This document shows positions 14,962 to 28,796 of a DNA stretch of 64,000 bases, piece after piece (position 1 is the stretch's first letter; each line of letters begins with the position of its first letter). The position numbers and the translations under genes are program-made. The stretch spans positions 29,512,001 through 29,576,000 of the forward strand of contig OZ004608.1 of NCBI GenBank assembly GCA_963924565.1, written 5' to 3'. The notes under the pieces are model-generated. The model was not told the origin of the DNA and made no database searches. It saw only the letters and a program-made list of their open reading frames with translations. The DNA is from Ascidiella aspersa. Taxonomy: Eukaryota.

Positions 14962-15897
14962 GATATTTCACTCATCCCCCGAGCATCGACGACTTCTTAC
15001 GTTAACTACTTAAGCGTGCCGTGCGGGCAATTTTCCACTTCAATACGACAAACCAAAACGGAAAACATTTTTGACAACTGAGAAGCGTATACGAAGAAGG
15101 GAGAAAACAGGGCGAAAGCTGGGCCTTAGTGGAATATATAGCATAATTATTAACCCAGTGGCTCCCACCCTTTTAGTCGATATTCCAATCAAGTTTCCCC
15201 CTACAAATGTAGTTTTTTTACAAGTGCACAGCTGTCTTTTTTTTCTTTTTTCGAAATTTCTTCGTACATCCACTTTCTGCTTTGCTGCCTTAAATCGATT
15301 AAACGCGAACCTTATAAGATAAAAAAAATATAAGATAGGTTTCTTTAAAATCCCCAAAAGATACAGGACAAAAAAGGTTTACAAGCCACTTCGATACATG
15401 CTAGCGAGCTATATCTGTCAATTGCGAGCAACACAATTAAAAAAAAGCATATTACTCCAGATGCGGTTCGATAAGAAAAGCAATTTGCGCAATAGGCGCA
15501 CGACGATTTGCCGATAATTGTCAAATAACGAGAAAATCAGGCGTTTTTCGTTTTTCCTACAGCGATCGATATCTATATACCTGTTCCGCAGAGCGAGGGT
15601 TACGGCCGATCGTTTAAAGTTTAAGCCACCACATTTACAGCAACAGCATCAGCAGGCTGAATGAGCCGCGTGGTGCCTATTAGGGCGCATTGTCCCCGCG
15701 ATTTTTATCGCGCCGACTTACGACGTTGGCACAACAGACCTGCGGAGGCGTTTGATCAACGGTATATCGCTGCCTTACCGTTGGCAGCGCGGTTCACGCT
15801 ATGTTTTCGTGTTTTAGGACAACAAGTGGCCAAGTATCGCCCGTGGCTGTTGATCCTCCGGAAACGGCAAGCACGTCAGCTCGAGGAATACTCTTAT

Positions 15898-16302
15898 CAG
15901 TGTTGTAATGACTAAACTCAATGACTGTGACTTGACTTGACTTAAGAGCTTAATGACTTGACTTGTGTGCACCTAAGTTACTGCTTTCAAATGACTTGAG
16001 TTGAATGATGTTTTTTAGGCTATACTACTTGACTAGACTTAAGTCTCTTTTTTGAACAAATGACTTGGGCTAAAACGAAGTATTTTTATTAGAATGTTTT
16101 TTTTTGTTATAAATTTATCTATTTATCTTAATGTAGCACATAAAACAATTTGCCTGCCATATGTTGCTTTCTTTAATAGTTTATTGTTAAATTTTATCAC
16201 AAGGACTTGACTTGAAATTAACCTGCTTTAATAATGACTTGACTGGGACTTGACTTGTTATTTATTTGAAAAGAGTTGAGCCCAAGTCGTATTTAACAAC
16301 TG
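15898..16302 (-). mobile_element. AAGTC-rich MITE family copy, reverse orientation
   Basis: CAGTGTTGTAATGACT start, GACTTGACTT arrays, TTTAACAACTG end. Confidence 0.72.
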
Positions 16303-19300
16303 ACAAGTCAAGTCATTAGAATTAAAAACAAATCGTCCAACGTATTAAGATTAATAAAATCATTTTATTCCGAGCATTTTTATTACACATAACAGCCAAC
16401 AAAAAAGCAACCCGTTTTACGCGTAAAAATTAAAGAAATTTCTCAAATTGGTAAAAAATGTATTTAACTAAAATAAATTTCACCCAAGTTATTTCACCAA
16501 ATAACTAAGTTAATACAATTCATATTACCCAAAATACTTCCCAGGTAAAAACGCTAATTGAAGTGTACTTAATTCAAGCAATTTTTCTCAAGTCATAACA
16601 ATACTTTCACAAAGCGTAAAACGACCATAAACAAGTCAACACTTTGATTTCGGAAGCAAATCCATAGAGAGGCGGAGCCCGAAAAAAAATCAATTACGTA
16701 ATTATGACCGGAGCTGAGTAGTGAGTCAGCGATCGGCGTTAAGATTCAGTACTGTGCTGACGCAGACGCGGGTACGCGATTGGGCTGCGGACTGCTGGTG
16801 ACGGACAGGCCCGGTCCCTTATCTGCCCTCCCATGTCCTGTGACACGGGCCTTTTATCACATCCGAAGTGAAATTACTCTAATTCGCTGTGAAATCGCGC
16901 GCGTCATCTCAGACCAACTTCTCGCTTTCCGCATCATATATACACGGAAATGGCATATGCTGGATAATTGGCAAAAATCGGCGAGGACTTGGTGAAGGTG
17001 TAGGTTCACCTGCTTTTAAAGATCATCTATACGTTGTATAATGAGGTTATTTTACAAAATTGTCGTATTTCAAATCTATTTTTTTAATCTAAGCATTAAT
17101 AAAAATCGTGGTTCCCAAAACGAAGAGACATAAACGCTATTTTTTGAAAAAGCTGTATACAATACTTTATAAGTGAAATTAAAGGTTATAACTTGAAAAT
17201 ATGATCTTTGGGTATTTTCTGTATACCCTTAAACTCCAAGTTTGAAAACGTATTTGTTAAAATACGGAACATAAAAACGCATTTAAGATGATTTATTGGT
17301 GTTTGCAGTTTGATTTACTACATCCGTTTTTTGCAGTTTAAATATTTCTCTATTTAATCGAGACAAATTATACAATAAAACAGTTTGCGGCACATCCGCA
17401 ACAGTTACCTAACATTGGCTTTAAATTCTATAGAAGGTCAAGAGAATCCTTGTTAAAAAACTTTACCACTACAACAACAAGTTCTTAGTATCTCTCTAAA
17501 CAAAATAGTAATTACCACGGAGTTTCCAAATTTAACTTACCGACAAATAACCTTTTTAGAAAGTAATCTTCATGTAACTGGCCAAATTGTAACGTATTGT
17601 TTTTAAACACTGACAAACATGAATCAATGAACACGCAGGTCACGCCTAATTAAAATTATAATCCATCAACATATAATGACTATCTCCATGTAAACATTGC
17701 CTGAATTAAGTGTTTCTTGTGAAAGTCGTAAATGCTAGTAGTAAAAATTTAACCAAAACACGATAAGTTCGGAGCTTAAACAAATACGCCTTGCAACAAA
17801 AATATTGTTTACTGAGGCTTAAACACTTTATTCCTCAACTAAGCTTAGCTTTGCCAAACTAAATTTTACAAGCCATGGGCAACATGGTTGGTGGTTTTAG
17901 CTTAAGCACTGCAATTTTACAAGCATTAGCAACAATTTCATTAACTCTTATGGACAATCGTACGAGTGCCAGCAATGAACTTGACCGCGTATTCCCCCAA
18001 ATGTATGGGGTACGCTAACCCCAGTTTGAGAATCCCTGTCCTAAGTGTACAAAACAAGTAAGACGATTACATTATAATTAGGTCCAAATATAACTAACGT
18101 AAACGTTTAGTTCTACAATTGTATTTTTTAGCCGTTTAGCTACGGACAAATCTCAAAGAAATCTATACACGTGAATGACCAGTTGACCACACAACCCTGC
18201 AAATCAAAGTAGAACAGCGACACACTTTGGTGTAGCTTACTGTAAGTTTAGAAGCACTGCGTTGAAGAGTAACTTTGCACCAAACTGTAGCAATTCTAAT
18301 AACATTTACCTAGCAGCAGAACTTAATTTGCTGCAAACATAGCGTTATGTCTAAAATGGTTCAACTTTGGACACTTTAATAAAATGTACTACAAAATATA
18401 GTAGGCACTTATTATTAGTTTATGATATACCACTAATATACCACAATAAAATTGAATATACCACAAATATTAGGAACAATAGACTATATTCTCCAATTGG
18501 TTGTGATGTCACAATAACAACATTAAATTAATTGAAATGGATTTACGTTTGAGTGTACAAATCCGGGTCACCTGAGCACACAACGCTTTATGGATTATCT
18601 AGCACGAAACTCCATAACTAGGCAAAGGAATTATTCATGCTCGAAATCGATATAATCCCACTATACATGGAACGCAGAAATACCGGCTGCTGTCTCCATA
18701 ATCCGATATGTGTGTGGCGGAGCCTGTCATAAGCCAAACAAGGCAAATAGTGGCCCACTAAGTTGTCGAGCTATCCCGAGACAATTTATGTATCGTGTGG
18801 GATTTGAAGGCTAATTTTAGCGTCGCCTTTCATCTCAAGTTTAGGTGGCCGGCACTTAATCCGCTCGACCGATTTAAACCGCTAAGCCGGAGACCACTAA
18901 AACCTGCTTTGTTTACTGACGTTTTCTCGGATTTGCGAACGCGCGTGTCTTTGACGTTGTCGGCAATAATTACACGACTTACGCATTGGAGAAATCAAGG
19001 AATCCGAATTGACAATAATCGTTATTTACAAACTATATTTGTAACAACAAGTGCGACTTGTTACGCAGGAAATTTTTACATGTAGGCCTACAATATTACC
19101 AAGGTGGTTTACGAGGAGTTGTGGTTATCTAAAACGAGAGCTTCCAAAACGGGGCCCCGATGAGTTTTAGGGGGACCGAGTAAACTATAACAATTAATAT
19201 ACAAATTGCTGAAGTCGAATCACTTGTATGTTCTAAATTTCAAAACGAAAATGTCCAAACTCATAAAAGAGACGCAATCCCCCTCAGTTACAGCTTACCT

Positions 19301-20430
19301 TTAACAAATGCGCGCACAAGACAACGAACATTTCGCTATTTATTATTGCCGAAACTAAGGGTAGTGAAAAGTTTTTATTAGGGACTTAAAAAGTTCGGTA
19401 AATGCAGGTTTCATTTCCGATTATTTTGAAAACCATAGTTTTTATTATTCAACGGCGTTATTTTTTGAACAACTTTCAAGCCAAGCAGGCAATTCGTACA
19501 GTCTGAAAATGACTCTGGGAATAAGAATCTTTCGAATCCACATTCTTACAAGTGAAAAAAGGTGATTTTATCTTAATTGGATTATAAATTATTAATATAG
19601 TTTAATTTCTCTTTTTGAGATTTAGTTGCTTTTGGGGTATCTCGAAATCGGATAATTCGAATTCCTATCTAATTTGGTTCAATTTAAAATCTCTTGACGT
19701 CTATTCTATCTGTTCTTCAAAAAGCTGATAAAATTCTAGCCGCCCATAGCGGACCATATTTTTTTAAATATTAATATATTTCAAATATTTCGCGGCACAC
19801 TTTAGTTTAGCAGAACACCAATAGAGTAATTTTACAATCGCCCTTAACACACGACAAACTATATGTATATGTCTCAATATGATTAATTTGTGATGGGTAG
19901 TGTGTATTTAGGTCTAAAATGCCTGCGTGTATGCCTGTTGGTAATACAAATAACTTATTTCAAAAATCTTCTAAAGTTTCGCGGCACACTTGACAATCTC
20001 TCGAGGCACACTAGTGTTTGGGAATCACTGGTTTAGATAGATCCACAGTCAGAAGTGACAAGCCACGAGAAAAACCGTCAAGACCCACGCCGTGTTTGCC
20101 CCTCCCGTGACCGACCGCTTGGCCGACGCGAAGTAACGAGTCCAAACTAAGGTGCGACGACGGGCCTTTGTTTCGTCACACGGCGAAACAAGCGAGCGTA
20201 TATTGTTTCGAGTGACGCGGCCTGTTGGCCGGATCCGGCGCGTCTTGATGTGACCGTGTGTAAACCTGACGAGAGTGACGGCCGGACACAGGCTTTGTAG
20301 CCGCACAAATATTGTTACTTTCCGATTTTGTCATCGTCTAAAAGTTTTAAGCTGAATTTGAGGCCACACGTAGATATCTGACTGCTTCGTCTATATAGGG
20401 TCACCATGTAAATAACGTGGGTGTTTACCC

Positions 20431-21108
20431 GAGTGTTGTAAAGAAGTCACTTTGAAATGACTCAAGTCCCAGCAAAGTCATTCGCGAAACAACCTTATTC
20501 CAAGTAAGGTCATTTTCAACAAATAGCAAGTCCCATGTAGTCTGTGTCAATGTTATAACAAATCCAAGACATGTCATTGTAATCCAAAATATCTGTTACA
20601 AAATAGGGCACGCTCCATTTTAAGCAATACTATGCATAGGAAACATCGAAAACGAAAAAATGCAAGTTTAGGATGTTTACATTGATTTGGCGGGAATAAC
20701 TCACTTTTACTGAAATGAATTTAATTAAAGTACTGAAGTCATTCGCAAAACAACCAAATTTCCAAGTAAGGTCATTTTCAACAAATAGCAAGTCAAGTCC
20801 CAGCCTGTGTCATTGCAACAACAAGTTAAATCCAAGACATGTCATTGTAATCCAAAATAAATGTTACAAAGTAGGAGCACGCTCCATTTTTTAAGCAATA
20901 TTTCGCATAGAAAACATCAAAAACGAAACAAGTAGCAAGCTAGAATTTTATATTGAATTGGCGAAAATAACTCACATATACTAAAACGTATTCAATTAAA
21001 GTACCTTAGCAGAAAGTTTTGAATAAAGTTAGTGTAAGAATCCAAATATAAATGAAATGAAAGTCACTCAGAATGCCTATGTAAGTAATTATAGTCACTA
21101 TACCACAC
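20431..21108 (+). mobile_element. AAGTC-rich MITE copy with an internal ~260-bp tandem duplication
   Basis: GAGTGTTGTAAAGAAGTCAC start; 20476-20734 and 20737-21004 are direct copies (e.g. CCAAGTAAGGTCATTTTCAACAAATAGCAAGTC and AAATCCAAGACATGTCATTGTAATCCAAAATA twice). Confidence 0.72.
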
Positions 21109-22004
21109 AAGATCATTAAAAAAAAACAGTGTCTTAATTGCACTTAAAGCAATTGGTTGACCCAAGCCATTATATACAGCGACCTGAAAGGGTCACCTGG
21201 GCGTACGTCGACCCCGCAAAAGCGCGCGCGACTTCTTTAATTAACGCTCGCCAAACACAAGCGGGGACCGCCCGGCAATATTATGTACACGGCAAACATA
21301 TACACAGCGAGCGGACGATTTGCTCACATACACACGCCGGTGTGTATCGTCCCTGGCCAAGAACAAAGGAACTCGGAAGTTTGCCCTGGCTCTTCATCTC
21401 TGACGCGTGGAAAACACACAGTCGGGTTTCGGCGAGATCAAAATGTCCGCGCAAAGGCCTAAAGTTGACATCCCCGAAGCCCGCGTTACCTCTAAGCCAG
21501 TGGTTATTTTATCTTTTCAGTGCCGTTAAGCCGGAGAAAAATTTGGTTGCATTTATGAGTGCGTTTTAACAAATTATAAAGTTATTACCTACAATAAAAT
21601 AATAAACAAACAAAACTAGATTTCGACTTCCTTTGCATTCAAATGCACCATAAAAACTTGAAAAGTTGAACGTTTTAATTTGCCCATAAGCGAGAAAATC
21701 GAAACATTATCCTATACCGTTGTTAAAATAACCCCCATAAAAACAAAAAATAACCCCTTGAGGGGTAACTATATAGACAAAATATATCCTATGCACATAG
21801 ACATTGTAAAAGCACAAAACAAGGAGAACGTATATGTGAATCAAATACGTATACGTCATGATTGGATAAAAACAGTTTACACTTATTCTGCAAATTCATA
21901 AAATTTTCTTTCCGCAATTTGCTAACCTATAGCTCTAAAATATTCATGCTTACCAAATCAGACATTTACTCAGTCTAAAAATTTGCTAGAGGGAACATTA
22001 ATGA

Positions 22005-22246
22005 GAAGGGCTCCAGATTTGTAACTTAAAACAGGAGACAAAATAGAACATATTTAAGTAAATACCTTATTTCAAAAGCAGAAACAAAGCCAACTACAAA
22101 TAGCTAAAAAATAAACATTGCTGAGTTTAAAAAAAAATGGAAGCAAACACTGATCGGAAGGGATCCAGACTTAAAACAGGTAACAAAGTAGAACACATTT
22201 AAGTAAATAAGGTATTTGAAAAGCTGAAACGAAGCCAACTACAAAT
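22005..22246. repeat. ~90-95-bp direct duplication
   Basis: GAAGGG.TCCAGA...ACTTAAAACAGG...ATTTAAGTAAATA...AAGCCAACTACAAAT at 22005-22100 and 22157-22246. Confidence 0.8.
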
Positions 22247-25200
22247 GCAAGTCAAAAATTGCCCGGTATGAAAGTTTCCTAAAGTTTGGGAACCAGGGGA
22301 CGCCGACCCCGTCGATTCATAGAAACCTAAGGGGGGCCCTTTGAATTTACGCAAGACCTTGTCTTGGCATCAAACAGCTGTTTTCTGTCGATTTACAACC
22401 GATTCGTTTCCTCGGTCAATCGACGACGGCTCGCTTAAGTGTGGACTAGGATTAGCGGAGTTTGCGGACCTAAGACTCCGTACGTGCGTCTGGCCTAGTT
22501 CGCTTATAATCGCGGCTGAGCATACAGCAGAAGTATCAATGCGCGATTGTGTATCGCGCAGGTCGCGCGGGCCCCTTGGCTCTCAAGACCCTCTGGACGT
22601 TCCTTAAGAGTCCTACGGTAAAAAGCCCCCGAAATATTTGTGCATACGCGCTGGGTTGAACATGTGGTAATTACATAACCGATCGTGATTTTAATATGCT
22701 GTTTGCCAGCCACTCTTTGATGTGGGCGAAGTTCAAAATCTTACTGCTTTTATTTGCTTTCTCCTCGTATTTAAACTTTTAAACTTGTGTTGGGGTAAAA
22801 GTGTGGACAATGAGTGAATTTTAACGACATTTCTTGTACAACTTGAAACTATATGGTTAAGTATTCGCGCCAAAACAGCTTACATGAAAGGTAATATTCG
22901 ATTTGCTAGTGAAATGTTAAGCTCTTCAGATAAAACCGTAGGCATTAAACTCGCTTTGGATCTTGTGCAAAAAGAAAACGAAATTCGGGATAATCTAACG
23001 TAGCAAACGTGTACTGAGAATCTATCGTGCCTATATAAAAATATTTTGGTACTACGTTTCATCCGCTTATTGCTTTTTTGGCGTCTACCAACAAAATTTG
23101 GAGTACAACACGATCCATTTTACAACAATTTTAATATAATAAAAAACATTATTTGCTTATATACTAATACTCACAACCTCGGTCATATCGGAACATTTCG
23201 CACCCGAGTTTAATTGTTCGTTTTAATTGCCTGCTTAAGGTGTTGTTCTGAAATACACGCAAAAACCGTGCACCCCCAGAAAAATAATACAAAATTTCGT
23301 ACAGAATAAAACGTCAAAAAAATCAAACAGAAACGAAAAAGTGCTGCCTATAGCCATTATCTGGTTAGACATGATTAATATATTTCTTATTTTCGGGAAA
23401 AATGAAGCTCCGCGCGCGGGTGGATTCGAACCCACGACCGCTTGTTCTGCTAAGATCGATCATTACCGAAATCAGCCGGGCAAAGTCTTGTCGCGACGCA
23501 TTGCAAACCTCTCAAAGCTTAACTTAGAAAAATCTCCATCATTCAAACAGTCGATCTGGCAACGCCCGTCTTCAACGAGCTGTGTATCTATTCGTGCGCT
23601 TTGTTTCTTTAGGCGACGTCGCTGACTAAGGCTTAAACTCACACCGCGGCGGGGGCGGGGGTCTCTCGATCAAAATAGTTTCTTTCCCCGGCATTCTACC
23701 TTGACTTGCGACTGCGTACATGTGAGTTCGAAGCTTTTGCGAACAAATCCCTGCTGGGGTTAAACGTAAAAAAACAACTGCCTTAAGGCGTCGCTGCCTT
23801 TCAATGCGCGTTTTATATAAACTTCCACTTGGGCTCTGAGCACGCGAAAAGGAGACCGATTTGGACTAACCTAAGCGCCTGTCCTCATTTATACCGTTAA
23901 AATAACTTGATAAGCGACTGTCCTCTCTTAATTATAGCTTTAAAATAAATTGTGAAGATCTATTATCTATAGAGTAGACCGGCAACCGAGTTACTAGAAA
24001 GCGTATGCTGTAGGTTAGCAAATAAACCTGGCTCAAACTTGGATCTTCAGTCGTCAAAAAGGTGGGGCCGATTTGTTGTTTTAACCCCACTATATTTAAT
24101 GTCACTTGCACAGCCGTCTGCCTGTCGCTCAATAACCTGTGCCTTTCGCAGAGACATTCTGACCTTTTGAAATCAAAACAACCAACGCAGATAAAGCAAG
24201 ACAATCTTTGCAAGCAGGGTGATGCACTGAATTTCGCAAAAGTTACACTCAACTGACTGATGTGGTTTCGTTCGTCGAAGGCCCTCACCTGAAAGCGGGA
24301 GATTAACTGTTTAATCGTTTTCCAGTTTAATGCTACATCGCTTGTCGCCGTCGTTACGGACGGTGTCTTGTACATGGAGTTTAATCCTCTTAACGTGATT
24401 CGCTGCAAAAGCGTCGCAGGAATGGCAATCTCTTTGTTGTTGTCTAAAGTCTGTTGATCGACGCTTGGTCGAAACACTTTACAACAACAAACTACTGCCA
24501 ACAAACCTGTTACTAAAAACAACCAGCACCCTTGTTATTAAATCAACAATGACACCATTAATTTAGAGACATTAGTAAAGATGTAACCTCTCTGAACTGT
24601 TTTTTACTGACAAAACCAAGAGAAAATGAATTAATAACAAACAGAGTTACCAAAGTTGGTTTCTATATTAAGTTTAGTGTTTCTTTAGAGGTTGGTCGCA
24701 AAAAGTATTGCACAGTTTGATCAGATGGATAGCATTGCAGTCAAACTACTTTTAACTCGGTATGTTTTTCCTTGTTTTGTATATATCTTTTCGTACGGTT
24801 TTATTTTGCACAAATGCCTATTTTTATTTCACGATTTTATCAATGTTAGGCTGTCATTCAAGATTTTTCACAGAATGGTATTCATTCGAATTAATATATA
24901 CTGAAGATGCCTTTGATGACGAAATAGAAATATTTATCTGTTAAGATCTTTTAGTAGTGTCTGGTCTGAATTGTAAGCTTTGATAGGATATTCTGCTGTT
25001 ATACTAATCAGGAATTAAGGTGGATATTCACCTTGCAAGGGTCAAGTTGATTTCATTATCACATGTTCAGTGCAGCATTCAAGGAGGCTACTATGAAAAA
25101 TTGTAGATTTATTCAAACAAGGCCACCATACCATTAAAACAGTTCCAATTTGAGTTTTAGATCCTGGGGCTGCGGATAATCACCTTAGAGCCACCGACGT

Positions 25201-25899
25201 CCCTGAGTGACCCCAGCTAGGGGCGTCAAAGGAATTCCCGGAAGGTCAGACCACCAGACAAGATGAGTGAGGGTGCCATTGAGGATCGTACAGCCGCGAA
25301 AATCCGTTTCGCGCCGCGGCTTTCAAAGGACCAACGAGTTGCCGCCCGGACCGCGGCCCAATGTAATTTCCCGCATCATAAACGAGCGCGCCATGATTTC
25401 CGACACTTTCTATTCTGCCCCCGACTTCCAGCGCAATAAATCTTTAGGATGACGGATTATTACCAACGAGTGTGGCTGCTGGTGTGGCGTGGTGCTAGTA
25501 TAGTGGGCCCGTATAGTTATACGAGGACCGGGTGGGCAATTAGGCTAGCTGCGCCGACAAGCCAAATCAGATCGAGTGTGCTGGGTGGTATTTTGTGGGA
25601 CCAGCCAAAATGGAGTTCGTTTAAATGCATGACGTCATGGCACAGCCCGAAACAAACTTTTTAATTATGGGACAAGTGTATGAGCGTAAAAGTATATAAA
25701 TTACACAATATTTGTTTTACCCCACACTTGATTATTCGAGACCTGGGTCGTCATGCACTACTATTTATAAAAAAGGTCAGCTTTAAATATTCCGAGGCCA
25801 GCTTTAAATATTCCGGACACTTGTAACGCCCGATAAGGACATCCAGAAAGATCCATATTACAAAAACGTACAGCCTGTAAAGAAAATAAAGCCATACTG

Positions 25900-26232
25900 C
25901 ACTGTAGTAAACAAGTTATTTGGAAAGGACTTGAGCCCAGTTAAGTCATTTGTAAAATAACTTAAGTCCAAGTCAAGACATTAAGATAAGTATAACAAAA
26001 ACTCAACATATGACAAGCAAATTGTTTTACGTGCAAGAATGGGAATAAATAACCAAATTTGACAAATTGTAAATGAAAACACTTAATTTTAACCCGAGTC
26101 GTTTGACTCAATGACTTAAATCCAAGTCAAGTCATTTGTTTAAAAGTCAATTCAAGGCAAGTAAGCAATTTTAAAAGACTGACTTAAGTGCACTTATAGG
26201 TCAAGTCAAAGACCTAAGTGATTACAACAATG
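25900..26232 (+). mobile_element. AAGTC-rich MITE family copy
   Basis: CACTGTAGTAAACAAGT...ATTACAACAATG ends; flanks CCATACTG/CTAGACTG (6/8, possible 8-bp TSD). Confidence 0.72.
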
Positions 26233-27529
26233 CTAGACTGACTACATCTCAATTCTTTCGCTAAAATATGGGACAAATGAACAACAAGTGCAATATAGAG
26301 TATAAGTGCTCAATAAATTGGTGTAATTGGTAGTAAGTGAAAATTCCCCCAGCCTATTCCATGACGTTTATCTCGTTTTTGCGTCGTTATACAGCAGCTG
26401 TTTACATAAATTAAGGTTAAGGTGTATATTATTAACACAACGTCTTACATGACTTAAAATTAATAGGATTATTCGGACAAATTTGATACAATGATTAGTT
26501 TTTATTTGACCCCTTCCGAAAGATCTTATCGTTGTTTTAGGTTTACATCCGTGCATATACAAAACGATTTCCCTGTGAAGGTCATTAGGCTTAATCCAAA
26601 CGGTCGCAGGTTATAACGACCAACGGAATTCGCCCTTTTGATAGATATTGCAAACTTAATGCGATCAACCAAGCCCATGCAAAACATACATATATGGTGG
26701 CGCCAGCTTGGACTCGTTTGAACAAATCACCGCAAAACCGAAAAGAAGCGCTTTCCTTGAAACCTTGTACGGCGCAAGACGCCTGCTTGACTGGATTGTG
26801 GCTAAATGACTGATTTCTCTTTATCACCAAGTTTTTTTTTATCTGGATATGTGTAAACCGATCGTGACTGTTAGAATCAAATAGAAAACTACCCAAGCAA
26901 CTCGTTATGGTTACCTAGAGTACTTTCCTGAAAAGAAATACCTAATAGACCCAACATTTCTTTCCACGGTTGATTTACTGAGCAATATTGTTGTCTCTCG
27001 CTGTATCGATGAATGCCAGAATTTGTCCAAAATTAATCAAACAAATTTATCCCCCTCCATAATTTTGCACTGATATACGGTTATACACCACTGGGTGGAA
27101 TGTGTCTGATTGCCTGTGCAGGCCAAAAGAAGTGTTTAATATAAAATTATGGTGGGCTATTATAACCTTTTGGGTACTAGATATCTAAAAACAAAAGAAC
27201 TAAAACAATGTAAAATGTTTTAAAGCCACTTCATTAAAATAAAAAATACTGCAGTTACGCTAAAAACGGCATCATCTAGCTTCTTGAAAACTGCCAATAC
27301 ATAAAGGTAAAATATATAGAAAAAATGTGTCATTTTAAAGTATTGATTGTTATGTAATAATAATACTACACCTCAAAAAACGGATACGTGAAAAGTGGAA
27401 TTACACCCAGTCTCCAAACTCGCGACCAGCATTGTCGCCTCTTTACTACAGCAAGCGGAAAACTGATTTAAACGCAAACGTAGTGGCCCTAATGTATGAT
27501 AGGGTTATAGTCAAACGGCAAATTGAGTG

Positions 27530-27973
27530 CCGAAATCAAAGTCTTTTTGAAATGACTGATGTCTTAGTCTAGTCATTTGACATAATTTAAGTTTAAGTCA
27601 AGTATTTTTGAATAAACAAGTCAAGTCCAAGTCCAAGTTATCAGTTGTCCGACAAGTCATAATTAGAGCACTCCAACTCCAAGTCAGGTTTTTACTATTA
27701 AAATAAAACATTCAACCACTTAAATTGTTAAAGTTGTCCGATAGAAATAACAAAAGCGCAACGTACAGCAAGCAATTTGTTTTACGTGCAAGCATCGAGT
27801 TAAATAACTAATGAATAAACCGATTTTATAAAAAAAATGCTTAACAAGAAGTCTTCATTTCAATTTAAAAGACATAAGTCAAGTTCACTCATTTGTCCAA
27901 AACGACTTAAGGCAAGTCAAGTCATTTGACAACAGTGATTTAAGTGCACTTAAGTCAGGCCATTGACAGACAC
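27530..27973 (+). mobile_element. AAGTC-rich MITE family copy
   Basis: AAGTCAAGTC arrays; CAAGCAA.TTGTTTTACGTGCAAG and TTAAGTGCACTTA shared with the 25.9 kb copy. Confidence 0.7.
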
Positions 27974-28679
27974 CAAATACGTTCGTCATCGTTTAATTTT
28001 GGCATAAACAAGGAAAAATCAAGTTTTCCAGTCAAAAATTGACTCTCGAAAATCATTTGCGTCACCTTGGTGCTAAGGGATTAGAAAAGGCCTTGAGTTT
28101 AGGCCGTCAATCGGCAGTCAACATTGAAGTAGACGCCACGTATATACGCTCTTCTGAGGGGACGTGTTTTCCCGCGGTATACCCGGGGTTCACATGTCAG
28201 TCGTCGGAAAACGGCACTCAAAACTGTAACATCAGCGCTGCGCTTATAAGGCTCGAATACAGCGACCGAACCCGTTTCTCGCTGCCTTTCGAGAACCTAT
28301 ATGTGCCGCTCAATGTTGCCATCGCAAAGTAGAGCTGTATATATTGGTTTCGACAAACTTTACGCAGCTGGGCGGCTTAACGTTTATGTGGGAACGGACT
28401 CGGTTGCATTACACACGACCACAAGGTCAAAATCACTGCTCAAGTGCCATCTGGAAAACGGAAAACCCTGTCAGGCCTGCTGTCGAAACGTTGAAATGAT
28501 AATTGCACGGAAGCAATATAGGGCTGCCAATCAATATATATATATATATAGAGAGAGAGAAGGTGTTGTTTCCAAAAATTGCAATCCAGGCTTATGCCGT
28601 AAGTCAGTCCTGCACAACATGCGACCCAGGGCAGAAGGCTATATTACTAAGATGTAATAAAACTTCCTATTTTTGTAGG

Positions 28680-28796
28680 TAGCCGTATTTGTCTATAGTT
28701 CTAAATTTGAAGATCTGGTTGCACTGTTTAACGACAAGTATATAAATTTTGACAATCTTCCGCACAAGTGTGCTTCATCCAGTCAAGATAGAAATA
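28680..28796 (+). repeat. Dispersed repeat, second copy at ~62523-62630
   Basis: AGCCGTATTTGTCTA...TTTAACGACAA...TTTTGACA...CGCACAA.TGTGCTTCA present at both loci. Confidence 0.7.

Noticed and set aside
23411-23490. GGTTCGAATCC B-box/T-arm-like sequence on the minus strand
   Set aside because: No A box or D arm and the stems do not pair; at most a decayed tRNA-derived fragment.
23932-24522. Longest ORF in the track (196 aa, minus strand) with a hydrophobic start
   Set aside because: Starts at TTG just after a stop, has no recognisable domain, and lacks the GC3-rich codon usage of the real exons; treated as chance.
25190-25310. Minus-strand frame containing LVWWSD, reminiscent of the Wnt5 N-terminal SWWSL
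   Set aside because: No signal peptide or convincing splice sites, and no downstream cysteine-rich Wnt exons in the window.
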